From Bacillales bacterium UBA6877 (GTDB lineage: Bacteria; Bacillota_I; Bacilli_A; RFN20; CAG-826), in assembly GCA_002451465.1 (NCBI GenBank), contig DKCJ01000003.1:530-64529 (forward strand): DNA of 64,000 bases. Direction: 5' to 3'. Position 1 is the stretch's first letter, and every line of letters begins with the position of its first letter. The notes below the pieces were generated by a model that saw only the letters and a program-made list of their open reading frames with translations, had not been told where the DNA came from and did not search any database. Shown here piece by piece: positions 1-9,419 of this stretch. A program made the position numbers and the translations under genes.

Positions 1-1
1 T

Positions 2-2437
2 TATGTTTCTGAATATTTAAGTTTCGATGGAAACATTCAAGCAATGGATTATAGCGGAAAAATTATTCTTGAACAAAGTGAATTCTTAACACAAGGTGCT
101 GCTTATATTGATTATTCAAATAATACCCCAGTTATTGTTTTACCATTAGCTGATCCTGAAGGATTTAAAACCAAATTATATGAAAATATTAATGGCACCA
201 AAAAAGATAACCAACAAACTACATCAAGCGTCAAATTAAATTCTATTTATGAAACTATGGAAGATGATAGTTCAAGTGATGATACAGAAGAAACAAAAAA
301 TGAAAATTATCTTTACATTGTTAACAATTGGAAAACCGAAACTTATTCAATGGAAACCATTATTACTGATGTAAATAGTGCTGATACTGACGAATTAAAT
401 TCATATATTGATCGTATTGATGCTACAAAACCAGAAGAATTCTATTTTGACTATGATAGCACTAATAAAAATGGTACATTCACTAAAATAAAATATTCTG
501 GATTTATTAAAGATGCAAATAATGATATGACGATGGCTAATAGACTTGCAAGAATTACTGTTAGTAAATTTAATGCATCAGCTCTTGATTATAAAGTAAC
601 GTTAATTAATAAGGATAGCATAAATGAAACAAGCAATAATAATGCTCCATTCATTGAAAATTTAATTTATCATGGTGAGCAATATGGACAATATCGTTCA
701 ATTGTTATGTCCACTTTATTAATTTCTACTTTGATTGCTTTAGTTATAACCAGCCTTTTCTTAGTATTAAATTATGGTATTGGTGGAATTTGTTCAATTG
801 TTTTAACTCCTGCAATTATGTTATTAACTTTAGCTACATTTAATTCATTTGGAGCAGAATTCAATATTGGTACAATTATAGCCCTTATTTCTATAAGCAT
901 AGTTTCATTATTTAGTGGCTGTTCTTACTTTAGATCAATTAAAAATAACCTTTATAAAGGTAAAAATTTAAGAAAATCAAATCAAGATACTAGTAAAAAC
1001 ACTGCATTTGTACAAATTGATTTGTCAGTTATTTTGCTTATATTAGGATTAGTTGCATACTTAATACCAAATAGCATTATGTTATCTATTGGCGCAACAT
1101 TAATCTTAGGTGGTATGTATAATTTATTATTAAATGGAATTTTATTAAGAGTTTTATACTATTTCTTAACAAATTCTAATTTTATTGAAAAACATTTAAA
1201 TCTTTTGATTATTGAATCAAAAAAGATTCCTGATTTATCTAAGGACGAAAAACCAGTTTATTTTGATCAATTCAAAAAGACCCAAAATAATAAAAAGTCA
1301 AAAACATTTGGTTTTATAGGCCTAGCATTATTATTCGCTAGCATCATTGGTATTACAACATTCCAATTAGTTAACGGAAACATCTATAACACACAAAATG
1401 ATAGTATCTCAGCTTCAAGAATCTATCTTGAGTTTGATTATAATGAAAATAGTTCTATTAAAAATGTTTCTGACCTCGAGAAGAAAATTTTAAATAATTT
1501 ATATACCTATAATACCGAAAAAGATTCAAGGTCAGACAATAAAGTATCATATTCCAACATTCTTAATTTTACTTATTCATATAAGGAAAATTATGCAACA
1601 AATAAGGAAATTTTAAAGAAAGTTTATTATATCATCGAACTTAAAAACGTTTTAGATGATAATTCTAAATTCAGTGCATATGTTGATGATTCTCATAAAC
1701 TTGAAAATGTTAGTGTAGAAGATGCATTGCAATATTTAATTGTTGATTATAATAACGTTTCATATTTCAACAATGTTGAATTAAAATCTGTTAAAAATGT
1801 TAATTCTGATACAAACAATTATTATTGTTTAATCTTTGGATTAGTTGGTACAGCATTAGTTGGTGTTTATATGATGTTTAGATTTGGTATTTCAAGAGGT
1901 ATTACAAGTTTCTTGTTCGTTGCCTCCGGCATGACAATTACCACTGGAATATTTAGTTTAATAAGAGGCAACTTTACTAGCCAAATCACATTAGGAATTG
2001 TTATACTTGCTGTTGTTGGTTATGCTATTTTAGAAAATTACTTTAATACAGAAAAAGTATTAAGAAAAGAGCAACATCTTGATCACAATAACGTTGATGA
2101 ATTAAAAGATAATAGTAGATTTGCTTTAAATGTCGCTTATTCTAATATAATTATTATGGTTATTTTATCTGTTTTTGTTATAACGAGTTTCTTATTTGCC
2201 AAAACTTTTTCAACATATTTTATATTATTTGCAATATTAGGTTCTTTATTAATGCTTTTATTTTATAAACAAATTACTGTTAATTTTGTATATGCCTTGA
2301 GTGGTGTATTTAATAGTATAGGAAAGAGAATCAGTGCAAAATACAATAGTCATCGTCAAAAAGTAAATGATAAAAAACATAAAAAAGATGATGGCGATGG
2401 ACCTCAAGAAGCAATTTTTATCGGTATAAATGATTAA
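2..2437 (+). CDS. RND-superfamily or SecDF-like membrane protein, 5-prime partial. The reading frame is open back to the window start. It has two 6-TM bundles, each preceded by a roughly 200-aa soluble domain.
   Basis: The ORF-track protein has two hydrophobic clusters (about aa 215-380 and 600-770) separated by soluble domains. The frame has no stop between nt 2 and the ATG at 44. Its position upstream of recJ-relA matches secDF in B. subtilis. Confidence 0.4.
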   Translation, partial: YVSEYLSFDGNIQAMDYSGKIILEQSEFLTQGAAYIDYSNNTPVIVLPLADPEGFKTKLYENINGTKKDNQQTTSSVKLNSIYETMEDDSSSDDTEETKNENYLYIVNNWKTETYSMETIITDVNSADTDELNSYIDRIDATKPEEFYFDYDSTNKNGTFTKIKYSGFIKDANNDMTMANRLARITVSKFNASALDYKVTLINKDSINETSNNNAPFIENLIYHGEQYGQYRSIVMSTLLISTLIALVITSLFLVLNYGIGGICSIVLTPAIMLLTLATFNSFGAEFNIGTIIALISISIVSLFSGCSYFRSIKNNLYKGKNLRKSNQDTSKNTAFVQIDLSVILLILGLVAYLIPNSIMLSIGATLILGGMYNLLLNGILLRVLYYFLTNSNFIEKHLNLLIIESKKIPDLSKDEKPVYFDQFKKTQNNKKSKTFGFIGLALLFASIIGITTFQLVNGNIYNTQNDSISASRIYLEFDYNENSSIKNVSDLEKKILNNLYTYNTEKDSRSDNKVSYSNILNFTYSYKENYATNKEILKKVYYIIELKNVLDDNSKFSAYVDDSHKLENVSVEDALQYLIVDYNNVSYFNNVELKSVKNVNSDTNNYYCLIFGLVGTALVGVYMMFRFGISRGITSFLFVASGMTITTGIFSLIRGNFTSQITLGIVILAVVGYAILENYFNTEKVLRKEQHLDHNNVDELKDNSRFALNVAYSNIIIMVILSVFVITSFLFAKTFSTYFILFAILGSLLMLLFYKQITVNFVYALSGVFNSIGKRISAKYNSHRQKVNDKKHKKDDGDGPQEAIFIGIND

Positions 2438-2442
2438 TTATT

Positions 2443-2469
2443 AGCCACAATTATTTGTGGCTTTTTTTA
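2443..2469 (+). terminator. Rho-independent terminator (agccacaa / ttgtggct stem followed by TTTTTTT).
   Basis: 8-bp perfect stem with a 4-nt loop and a 7-T tract immediately after the stop of the first gene. Confidence 0.6.
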
Positions 2470-2473
2470 AAAT

Positions 2474-4045
2474 ATGAAAAACTTTAAATCCAAATTATTA
2501 GAATATTTTAATTTAACTGAAAACGAATATGAAGAATTATGCAAGGATGTAAATTTAGAAGATTTACCTTCATATAAAAATTACCTACACATTGATGATT
2601 GTGCAAATTTTATCCATGAAAAAATAAAAAAGAATACAAAAACCCTTATATATGGAGATTATGATTGTGATGGCATAATGGCAACTTCAATCATTTTCTT
2701 AACTCTAAAAACTGAGAATTTCACCCCAGGTTTTTATATACCTTCTAGAGAAAATGATGGTTATGGATTAACAATAAAAAATATAGATAAATTCAATTCT
2801 TTAGGTTACAAATTAATCATATTGGTTGATAATGGGATAAGTCTTTATGAACAAATCAAACATGCTAATTCCTTAGGTATTGACGTAGTTGTTTTAGATC
2901 ATCACACATTAGAGGGGTGTTTCCCTGATGCTAAATTTATATTACACCCAATATATAGTAATTTTTCAAAAGTTAATATGTCTGCTGGAAGCGTTGCATT
3001 CTTTTTTAGTATTGCATATCTTCAAATAGTTGATGAATATCTATTAACATTAGCTGCAATCTCTACAATCAGCGATTTAATGCCTTTAATCGAATATAAT
3101 CGTCTTTTAGTTAAGTTAGCTATTAAAATAATAAATAAAAATAAGTACGAAAATGTAATGTTATTAATGGAAAAGGATGATAGTAGTACAATAAATGAAC
3201 AAGATATTTCTATGTTATTAGTCCCAAAAATTAATGCTATTGGTCGCCTTATTAATGATAATTCATTGTATACAATAGTTAAATATTTTATTCGTGAAAA
3301 TGATACAGTTTTTATTAAAAAAGCATCGAGCTGGATTAAGGAAGTAAATTTAAAACGCAAAAAAATGATTACTGATATTTCACTTGAAAATTCTGTAGAC
3401 GCAAACAACAATTCAATTATTGTTGTCGAAAAGAACATAAATGAAGGTTTAATCGGTCTTTTAGCTGCAAAATTTATGAACGATTATAATAAACCAACTG
3501 CAGTTCTCATTGAAGATACACATAACAATGATTTATATAAAGGTAGCATGAGAAGTAAAGAAGGTTTTAATGTTAATGTTATATTAGATGATTTAAAAGA
3601 TATATTAATCTCATATGGTGGACATAAAAATGCAGGAGGTTTTGTTTTAGAGAAAAATAATTTTGATATATTTAAAAATAAATTCGAAATAGCCTCTAAA
3701 AAACATCCTTTTAAGAACTACGAAGAAAAAACTATTGAAATTAGTTTACCAGACGTTAATAAGGAAAATTTTGATATATTAAATAGACTTGCACCATTCG
3801 GTCAAGATTTTAAAGAACCTAAATTTATGATTAAAAATATAAAAACCTCCTTTTTACAACTTAGTAGGAATAAAAAACATATTTATACAAAATTTTCTAC
3901 AAATGGTGTTATAGTTTATTTTAATTATGATAAAAACATATATAATAACAATTATGTTGATTTAATCGGGAATATAAACATTAATTATTTTAATGGTTTA
4001 TACACGATTCAATTTAAAGTTTTAAGTTTTTTAGAAAGCAAATAG
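2474..4045 (+). CDS. recJ: Single-stranded-DNA-specific exonuclease RecJ-like (DHH/DHHA1 phosphoesterase).
   Basis: Motifs YGDYDCDG, VVLDHH and GGHKNAGG (DHHA1). It sits immediately upstream of relA, as in Bacillus. Confidence 0.7.
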   Translation: MKNFKSKLLEYFNLTENEYEELCKDVNLEDLPSYKNYLHIDDCANFIHEKIKKNTKTLIYGDYDCDGIMATSIIFLTLKTENFTPGFYIPSRENDGYGLTIKNIDKFNSLGYKLIILVDNGISLYEQIKHANSLGIDVVVLDHHTLEGCFPDAKFILHPIYSNFSKVNMSAGSVAFFFSIAYLQIVDEYLLTLAAISTISDLMPLIEYNRLLVKLAIKIINKNKYENVMLLMEKDDSSTINEQDISMLLVPKINAIGRLINDNSLYTIVKYFIRENDTVFIKKASSWIKEVNLKRKKMITDISLENSVDANNNSIIVVEKNINEGLIGLLAAKFMNDYNKPTAVLIEDTHNNDLYKGSMRSKEGFNVNVILDDLKDILISYGGHKNAGGFVLEKNNFDIFKNKFEIASKKHPFKNYEEKTIEISLPDVNKENFDILNRLAPFGQDFKEPKFMIKNIKTSFLQLSRNKKHIYTKFSTNGVIVYFNYDKNIYNNNYVDLIGNININYFNGLYTIQFKVLSFLESK

Positions 4046-4061
4046 GGGGTAAAATATAATT

Positions 4062-6293
4062 ATGGAAGAAATAAAGAACAAAGATGTTAAAGTTAAATTA
4101 GTACCAAATGGTGGTTACCCAATGCACACATTTGAAGATGTAAAAGAATTATATTATCCTTATATTCATAATCAAGATGATCGTGAATTAATTAAAAAAG
4201 CTTATGATTTTGCTGCAAAAAAACATGCAGGAATATTTAGAAAAAGTGGTGAACCATACATTCAACATTTAATTGAAGTAGCATATATTTGTGCTCAATT
4301 ACAAGCTGGACCAGTAACTATCGAAGCAGCTTTTCTTCATGATGTTGTAGAAGACACTGACGCAACAGTTGAGGATATAGAACAAATGTTTGGTGACGAT
4401 TGTGCTAAAATCGTTGATTCTTTAACAAAAATTCAAAGACTTAAATTATCGCATAGAACACAAGAAGAATTCGAAGCCGAAGACCATAGAAAAATTTTCC
4501 TTGGCATGGCAAGAGATGTCCGTGTAATCATCATAAAATTAGCCGATAGACTCCATAATATGAGAACTATTCAATCTTTGGCTCCAAATAGACAACAAGC
4601 TCTTGCAAAAGAAACTTTAGATGTTTTTTCTCCAATTGCTCATCGTTTAGGTATATATAAAGTCGAAAGCGAATTAGAAGATTTATCTTTAAAAATATTA
4701 AAACCAGATATATATAACGAAATTTCAAAATTAGTTAACAAGAGAATAAAAGAAAAAGGAAAAGCCTTAAATAATTTTAAGAAAAAATTAGGAGATATTG
4801 CCTTTAATGCAAATATTCCGTTTAATATTGAGTCAAGAATTAAATCAATTTATTCTATATATAAGAAAATGTACATTAAAGGTCGTAAATTTGATGAAAT
4901 TTATGATATTTTAGCTTTAAGAATAATAACAGATACGACATTACATTGTTATGAATTACTTGGTTTAATACATCAAGAATATCGACCTCTACCTGGTAGA
5001 TTTAAAGACTATATTGCTGTACCAAAAAGCAATATGTATCAATCATTACATACAACAATAATTTCTGGCGACGGAAATATTTTTGAAGTTCAAATTAGAA
5101 CAAAAGAAATGGATGAAATTGCTGAAACTGGAGTTGCTGCTCATTGGAGATATAAAGAAGGCGAACATTATGATCCAAAAGCGGAACAACACGATATAGA
5201 AGAAAAACTTCACTGGTTTAGAGACTTTGTTTCAATCTCTAAAGAAAATACCAATGCTGATGCTCAAGAATATTTAGATAACCTATCTAAAGACATTTTT
5301 GATGCCGACATATATGTATTTACCCCAAAAGGTAGAGTTATAGATCTTCCAGCCGGTTCAACCCCATTAGATATGGCTTACAAAATTCATACAAAAATTG
5401 GTGATAGTGCAGTAGGAGCTACAGTTAATAACATTCTAGTCCCTTTAAGTACGGTTTTAAAAACAGGTGATGTTGTCGAAATAAAGACAAGCAAAACATC
5501 GCCAGGCCCTAACCAAGATTGGCTAGACTTTGTTAAAACTAGCACAGCCAAAGCACACATTAAAAAATTCTTACAAAAGCAAAATATAGATTTGAGACTT
5601 AACGCAATAGAAAAGGGTAAAGAATTATGCGCTCAAGCATTTAAGGAACGTGAGCTTAATCCAGAAAAAATAAATGAGTTATTAAATACTACAAATGTAC
5701 TAAATAACTACCATTGTTCAACAATTGATGAATTATTATTCAATATTAGTAAGAAAAATCCAACAATTAATGCGATACTAGATTTCCTTGGTTATAAGAA
5801 AAAAATCAAAAAGGAAGTAACATTATCTAAGAGAGAAAATGTTTCTTCATCAGATTGTCCTGTTTATATTGAAAATGGTGAAGGAGTTAAAATAAATCTA
5901 GGTAATTGTTGTACACCTATTCCTGGAGACGATATTGTAGGATATATTACAAAAGGCATGGGTATTACTGTACATAGAACAGATTGTCCAAATATAAAAG
6001 GTGAGAAAACTCGTTTAATTGATGTACATTGGAAAGACAATGTTGATGGGGTTTATCCTGTTGACATTTCAATTGAATGTAACGATAGAAATAATCTAAT
6101 TGCGGATATCATGAATTGTTTATCGTCATTTAAAATTAAAGTAACCGAATTTAACGCAAAAATGCACCAAGAAACGAATACTGTAACAATTTTATGTGAA
6201 CTATGTGTCACAAATGTTACTATGTTAAATTCCATTTTTCAATCACTTAAAAACATAAGTTGCGTTTATGATATTAAACGTGTAATTCATTAA
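4062..6293 (+). CDS. relA: Bifunctional (p)ppGpp synthetase/hydrolase RelA/SpoT (Rel).
   Basis: N-terminal HD hydrolase domain (HLIEVAYICAQL, FLHDVVEDT), synthetase domain, and TGS and ACT-like C-terminus. It is 743 aa. There is an RBS aggggg upstream. Confidence 0.9.
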   Translation: MEEIKNKDVKVKLVPNGGYPMHTFEDVKELYYPYIHNQDDRELIKKAYDFAAKKHAGIFRKSGEPYIQHLIEVAYICAQLQAGPVTIEAAFLHDVVEDTDATVEDIEQMFGDDCAKIVDSLTKIQRLKLSHRTQEEFEAEDHRKIFLGMARDVRVIIIKLADRLHNMRTIQSLAPNRQQALAKETLDVFSPIAHRLGIYKVESELEDLSLKILKPDIYNEISKLVNKRIKEKGKALNNFKKKLGDIAFNANIPFNIESRIKSIYSIYKKMYIKGRKFDEIYDILALRIITDTTLHCYELLGLIHQEYRPLPGRFKDYIAVPKSNMYQSLHTTIISGDGNIFEVQIRTKEMDEIAETGVAAHWRYKEGEHYDPKAEQHDIEEKLHWFRDFVSISKENTNADAQEYLDNLSKDIFDADIYVFTPKGRVIDLPAGSTPLDMAYKIHTKIGDSAVGATVNNILVPLSTVLKTGDVVEIKTSKTSPGPNQDWLDFVKTSTAKAHIKKFLQKQNIDLRLNAIEKGKELCAQAFKERELNPEKINELLNTTNVLNNYHCSTIDELLFNISKKNPTINAILDFLGYKKKIKKEVTLSKRENVSSSDCPVYIENGEGVKINLGNCCTPIPGDDIVGYITKGMGITVHRTDCPNIKGEKTRLIDVHWKDNVDGVYPVDISIECNDRNNLIADIMNCLSSFKIKVTEFNAKMHQETNTVTILCELCVTNVTMLNSIFQSLKNISCVYDIKRVIH

Positions 6294-6323
6294 TTTCCCA
6301 TTTAGTTATCACTTTATTATTTG

Positions 6324-6358
6324 CGCTTAATTATTTATAATTAAGCGAGAGGTTTTTT
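6324..6358 (+). terminator. Hairpin (cgcttaatt / aattaagcg) followed by agagg and TTTTTT. It is a likely relA terminator that overlaps the hisS ribosome-binding site.
   Basis: 9-bp stem with a 6-nt loop. The T-tract is separated from the stem by 5 nt. The only 65-nt spacer lies before hisS. Confidence 0.4.
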
Positions 6359-7651
6359 ATGTTTAATATTGTAAAAGGTACACATGACGTCATCTTAAAA
6401 GATGCTAATAAATATAGTTACGTTGAACAGTTATTATCGAGAGTAGCTGAATTATATAATTTTAAAGAATTTAGAACTCCTGTAATGGAATATAGCGAGC
6501 TTTTCTTAAGATCAACCGGTGAAAGCAGTGATATTGTTAGAAAAGAAATGTATACATTTGAAGATAAGGGGGGTAGATCAATTACCTTAAGACCAGAATT
6601 AACGGCTGGAATTATGCGTTCTATGGTGAATAATAAATTATTTGCTCTTCAAGATTACCCAATTAAAGCTTATTATGTTGGACCATGTTTTAGATATGAA
6701 AGACCACAACAAGGTAGATATAGACAATTTAATCAATTTGGCGTTGAATGCGTTGGTATTTCTTCAATTTACCAAGATATTGAAGTTATAATGCTAGGAT
6801 ATAATTGTCTTAGAATGCTAGGTTTTAAAAATATAAAGCTCAAAATAAATTCTCTTGGGGATGAAGAAACTAGAGCAAATTATCAAAAAGCTTTGAAAGA
6901 ATATTATTCAAAATATATTAATGAAATGTGTGATGATTGCAAAGAAAGATTTAATTTAAATATATTGAGAATCCTAGATTGCAAAGTTGAACATGATATT
7001 GAAATCAATAAAAATTCCCCTTCCATCGATAATTATTACTCAGAAAAAAGTAAAAATGATTTTAACAATGTTATTAATTTCTTAAAAGAAAATGATATAG
7101 ATTTTGAAATCGATCATAATCTAGTTAGAGGCCTTGATTACTATTCTGGTATTGTATTTGAATTCCACTATACATCTAAACAAGGCAAAAATTGTGGAGC
7201 TTTAGGTGGTGGTGGACACTACAACAATTTAGTAAAAGAATGCGGTGGACCTAATTTAGAAGGAGTTGGTTTTGCTTTTGGAATTGAACGACTTGTTTTA
7301 TTAATGGAAGACGATAATTTGTTTCCGAGTGAAATTGATTCTCCACTTGATTTTTATATTTTGCCTGTTGGTGATCAAAATTTTAATAAATCTTTAGAGT
7401 TAGCAACATTTTTAAGAAATAATGGATATAGCGTAGATGTTTGTTTAGAACATAAAAGTATTGGCCAAATGTTTAAAAAAGCCGATAGAAGAGACGCTCT
7501 TTATGGAATTTTACTTGGCGATGATGAAGTTAAAAATAATACAGTTCAATTAAAAAATTTAGCCTCACAAGAACAAATTACAGTTAAAAATGATGATTTA
7601 CTCGATAAAATCGATGATTTATTTGGCGAAAACGATGAGCATGAACATTAG
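6359..7651 (+). CDS. hisS: Histidyl-tRNA synthetase.
   Basis: Class II aaRS motifs (RYERPQQGRYRQFNQFGVE, GGGGHY). 430 aa. Confidence 0.9.
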   Translation: MFNIVKGTHDVILKDANKYSYVEQLLSRVAELYNFKEFRTPVMEYSELFLRSTGESSDIVRKEMYTFEDKGGRSITLRPELTAGIMRSMVNNKLFALQDYPIKAYYVGPCFRYERPQQGRYRQFNQFGVECVGISSIYQDIEVIMLGYNCLRMLGFKNIKLKINSLGDEETRANYQKALKEYYSKYINEMCDDCKERFNLNILRILDCKVEHDIEINKNSPSIDNYYSEKSKNDFNNVINFLKENDIDFEIDHNLVRGLDYYSGIVFEFHYTSKQGKNCGALGGGGHYNNLVKECGGPNLEGVGFAFGIERLVLLMEDDNLFPSEIDSPLDFYILPVGDQNFNKSLELATFLRNNGYSVDVCLEHKSIGQMFKKADRRDALYGILLGDDEVKNNTVQLKNLASQEQITVKNDDLLDKIDDLFGENDEHEH

Positions 7652-7672
7652 TAGTGAAAGGATGAATAATTT

Positions 7673-9418
7673 ATGAAAGAATACAAAAGATCACATCATT
7701 GTGGAGATTTACGAATTAGTGACGTTGGAAAAACTGTTGATATTTTAGGTTGGGTATCTAAAAAAAGAAATTTAGGAAGTTTACTTTTCATTGACTTAAG
7801 AGATCGTTATGGAATTGTTCAAGTTTTAGCAAAAACTGATGAAATTGAAATTCCAGACATCAGAAATGAATATATTATAGCTGTTCATGGTGTCGTAAAT
7901 AAAAAAGATCAACCAAATAAAAATCTTGCAACAGGGGAAATTGAAGTTTTAGCAGATAAAATTGAAATTATTAATACTGCAGCGCAACCTCCTATAATTA
8001 TTGCAGATGATACAGATGCTCTTGAAGATGTAAGATTAAAATATAGATATCTTGATTTAAGACGTCCTGTAATGCAAAAAAGATTCTTTACTAGAGCTAA
8101 AATAGTGCGATGTGTTCATGAATATTTAGATTCTTTAGATTTTGTTGAAATTGAAACTCCAACTTTAACATTGTCTTCGCCTGAAGGCGCAAAAGAATAT
8201 CTTGTTCCTTCAAGAATTCATCATGGTTGTTTTTACGCATTACCACAATCGCCACAACTCTATAAACAATTATTAATGGTTTCTGGCTTTGAAAGATATT
8301 ATCAAATCGCTAAATGCTTTAGAGATGAAGATTTAAGAGCTGATAGACAACCAGACTTTACACAAATTGATCTTGAAATGTCTTTTTTAAACGAGGACCA
8401 AATCCTTACCATTGCTGAAGGTCTTCTTAAAAAAATATTTAAAGAAACCATAAATTTTGATGTTAAATTACCTTTAAGAAGAATGCATTATGATGATGCA
8501 GTTGCAAAATATGGAAGTGATAAACCAGACACAAGATTTGGTATGCTTTTAGAAGATGTTAAACAAATCCTTGAAAAAGGTGAATTTAATGTTTATAAAG
8601 AGGCAAAATTTATTTGTGCTATTAAAGTTGATGGCATAGCAAAAGATACATCGCGAAAAAAGATTGATGAATATAATTTATTAGCAAATAAATTTAATAT
8701 GAAGTCTTTTGGTGTGTTTAAAGTTGAAAATGGAACAATTTCTAGTAGTTTGTCAAAATTTTATCAACCTGATGTCCTTCTTGAATTGAAAGAAAAAATG
8801 CACGCCAATGATGGCGATGTTATATTTGTAGCAACTGGAAATAATAGCAAGAATGTACACTTTGGTTTAGGCGCACTTAGAGAAGAATTTGGTTACAAAT
8901 TAGGACTTATTAAACCAAATACTTATGATTTGCTTTGGGTAACTAAATTCCCATTGTTTGGTATGAGCGAGGATGGCCACATTGTAGCTGAACATCACCC
9001 ATTCACAAGACCATGCGATGAAGATTTAGATAAATTAAAAACAAATCCAGAAAAAGTATATTCATATGCATATGATATTGTAATTAATGGTTATGAAGCA
9101 GGTGGTGGAACATTAAGAATATTCGACCAAGACTTACAAAAAACAATATTTGAAGTCTTAGGCGTTAGTGATGAAGATATCGATAAAAAATTTGGTTGGT
9201 TTGTTAATGCATTAAAATATGGAACACCTCCACATGGAGGATTAGCTTTTGGCCTTGATAGACTCACAATGATTTTAAGTGGAACAGATAATATTAGAGA
9301 TGTAATTGCGTTCCCAAAAAATTTAAGTGCAGTTTGTCCAATGACTAACGCTCCTCGACCAGTAACTGATGCTCAATTAAAAGAACTTGGATTAGAAGTA
9401 ATAGATAAGGAAAAATAA
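7673..9418 (+). CDS. aspS: Aspartyl-tRNA synthetase.
   Basis: QSPQLYKQLLM, FRDEDLRADRQPDFTQID and GGLAFGLDR motifs. 581 aa. It is adjacent to hisS as in Bacillota. Confidence 0.9.
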   Translation: MKEYKRSHHCGDLRISDVGKTVDILGWVSKKRNLGSLLFIDLRDRYGIVQVLAKTDEIEIPDIRNEYIIAVHGVVNKKDQPNKNLATGEIEVLADKIEIINTAAQPPIIIADDTDALEDVRLKYRYLDLRRPVMQKRFFTRAKIVRCVHEYLDSLDFVEIETPTLTLSSPEGAKEYLVPSRIHHGCFYALPQSPQLYKQLLMVSGFERYYQIAKCFRDEDLRADRQPDFTQIDLEMSFLNEDQILTIAEGLLKKIFKETINFDVKLPLRRMHYDDAVAKYGSDKPDTRFGMLLEDVKQILEKGEFNVYKEAKFICAIKVDGIAKDTSRKKIDEYNLLANKFNMKSFGVFKVENGTISSSLSKFYQPDVLLELKEKMHANDGDVIFVATGNNSKNVHFGLGALREEFGYKLGLIKPNTYDLLWVTKFPLFGMSEDGHIVAEHHPFTRPCDEDLDKLKTNPEKVYSYAYDIVINGYEAGGGTLRIFDQDLQKTIFEVLGVSDEDIDKKFGWFVNALKYGTPPHGGLAFGLDRLTMILSGTDNIRDVIAFPKNLSAVCPMTNAPRPVTDAQLKELGLEVIDKEK

Positions 9419-9419
9419 A

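Noticed and set aside
3022-3438. 138-aa minus-strand ORF inside recJ. The same applies to the other short antisense or overlapping ORFs in the track at 6053-6235, 10014-10220, 14321-14585, 15038-15262, 18084-18281, 18417-18860, 18513-18749, 19046-19255, 23932-24195, 24874-25089, 26230-26421, 32008-32256, 32476-32817, 33269-33493, 35026-35208, 36842-37114, 37173-37367, 38721-39193, 40210-40754, 41385-41588, 41915-42124, 49396-49608, 51624-51866, 56823-57044, 59171-59362, 63098-63334 and 63588-63788.
   Set aside because: All lie within or opposite well-supported conserved genes. They have low-complexity AT-codon-driven sequences and no RBS. They are typical spurious ORFs of AT-rich DNA.
6294-6358. 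T-box riboswitch upstream of hisS and upstream of glyQS (40962-41038).
   Set aside because: The spacers of 65 and 77 nt are far too short for a T-box leader. No specifier-loop or antiterminator-like sequence was seen.
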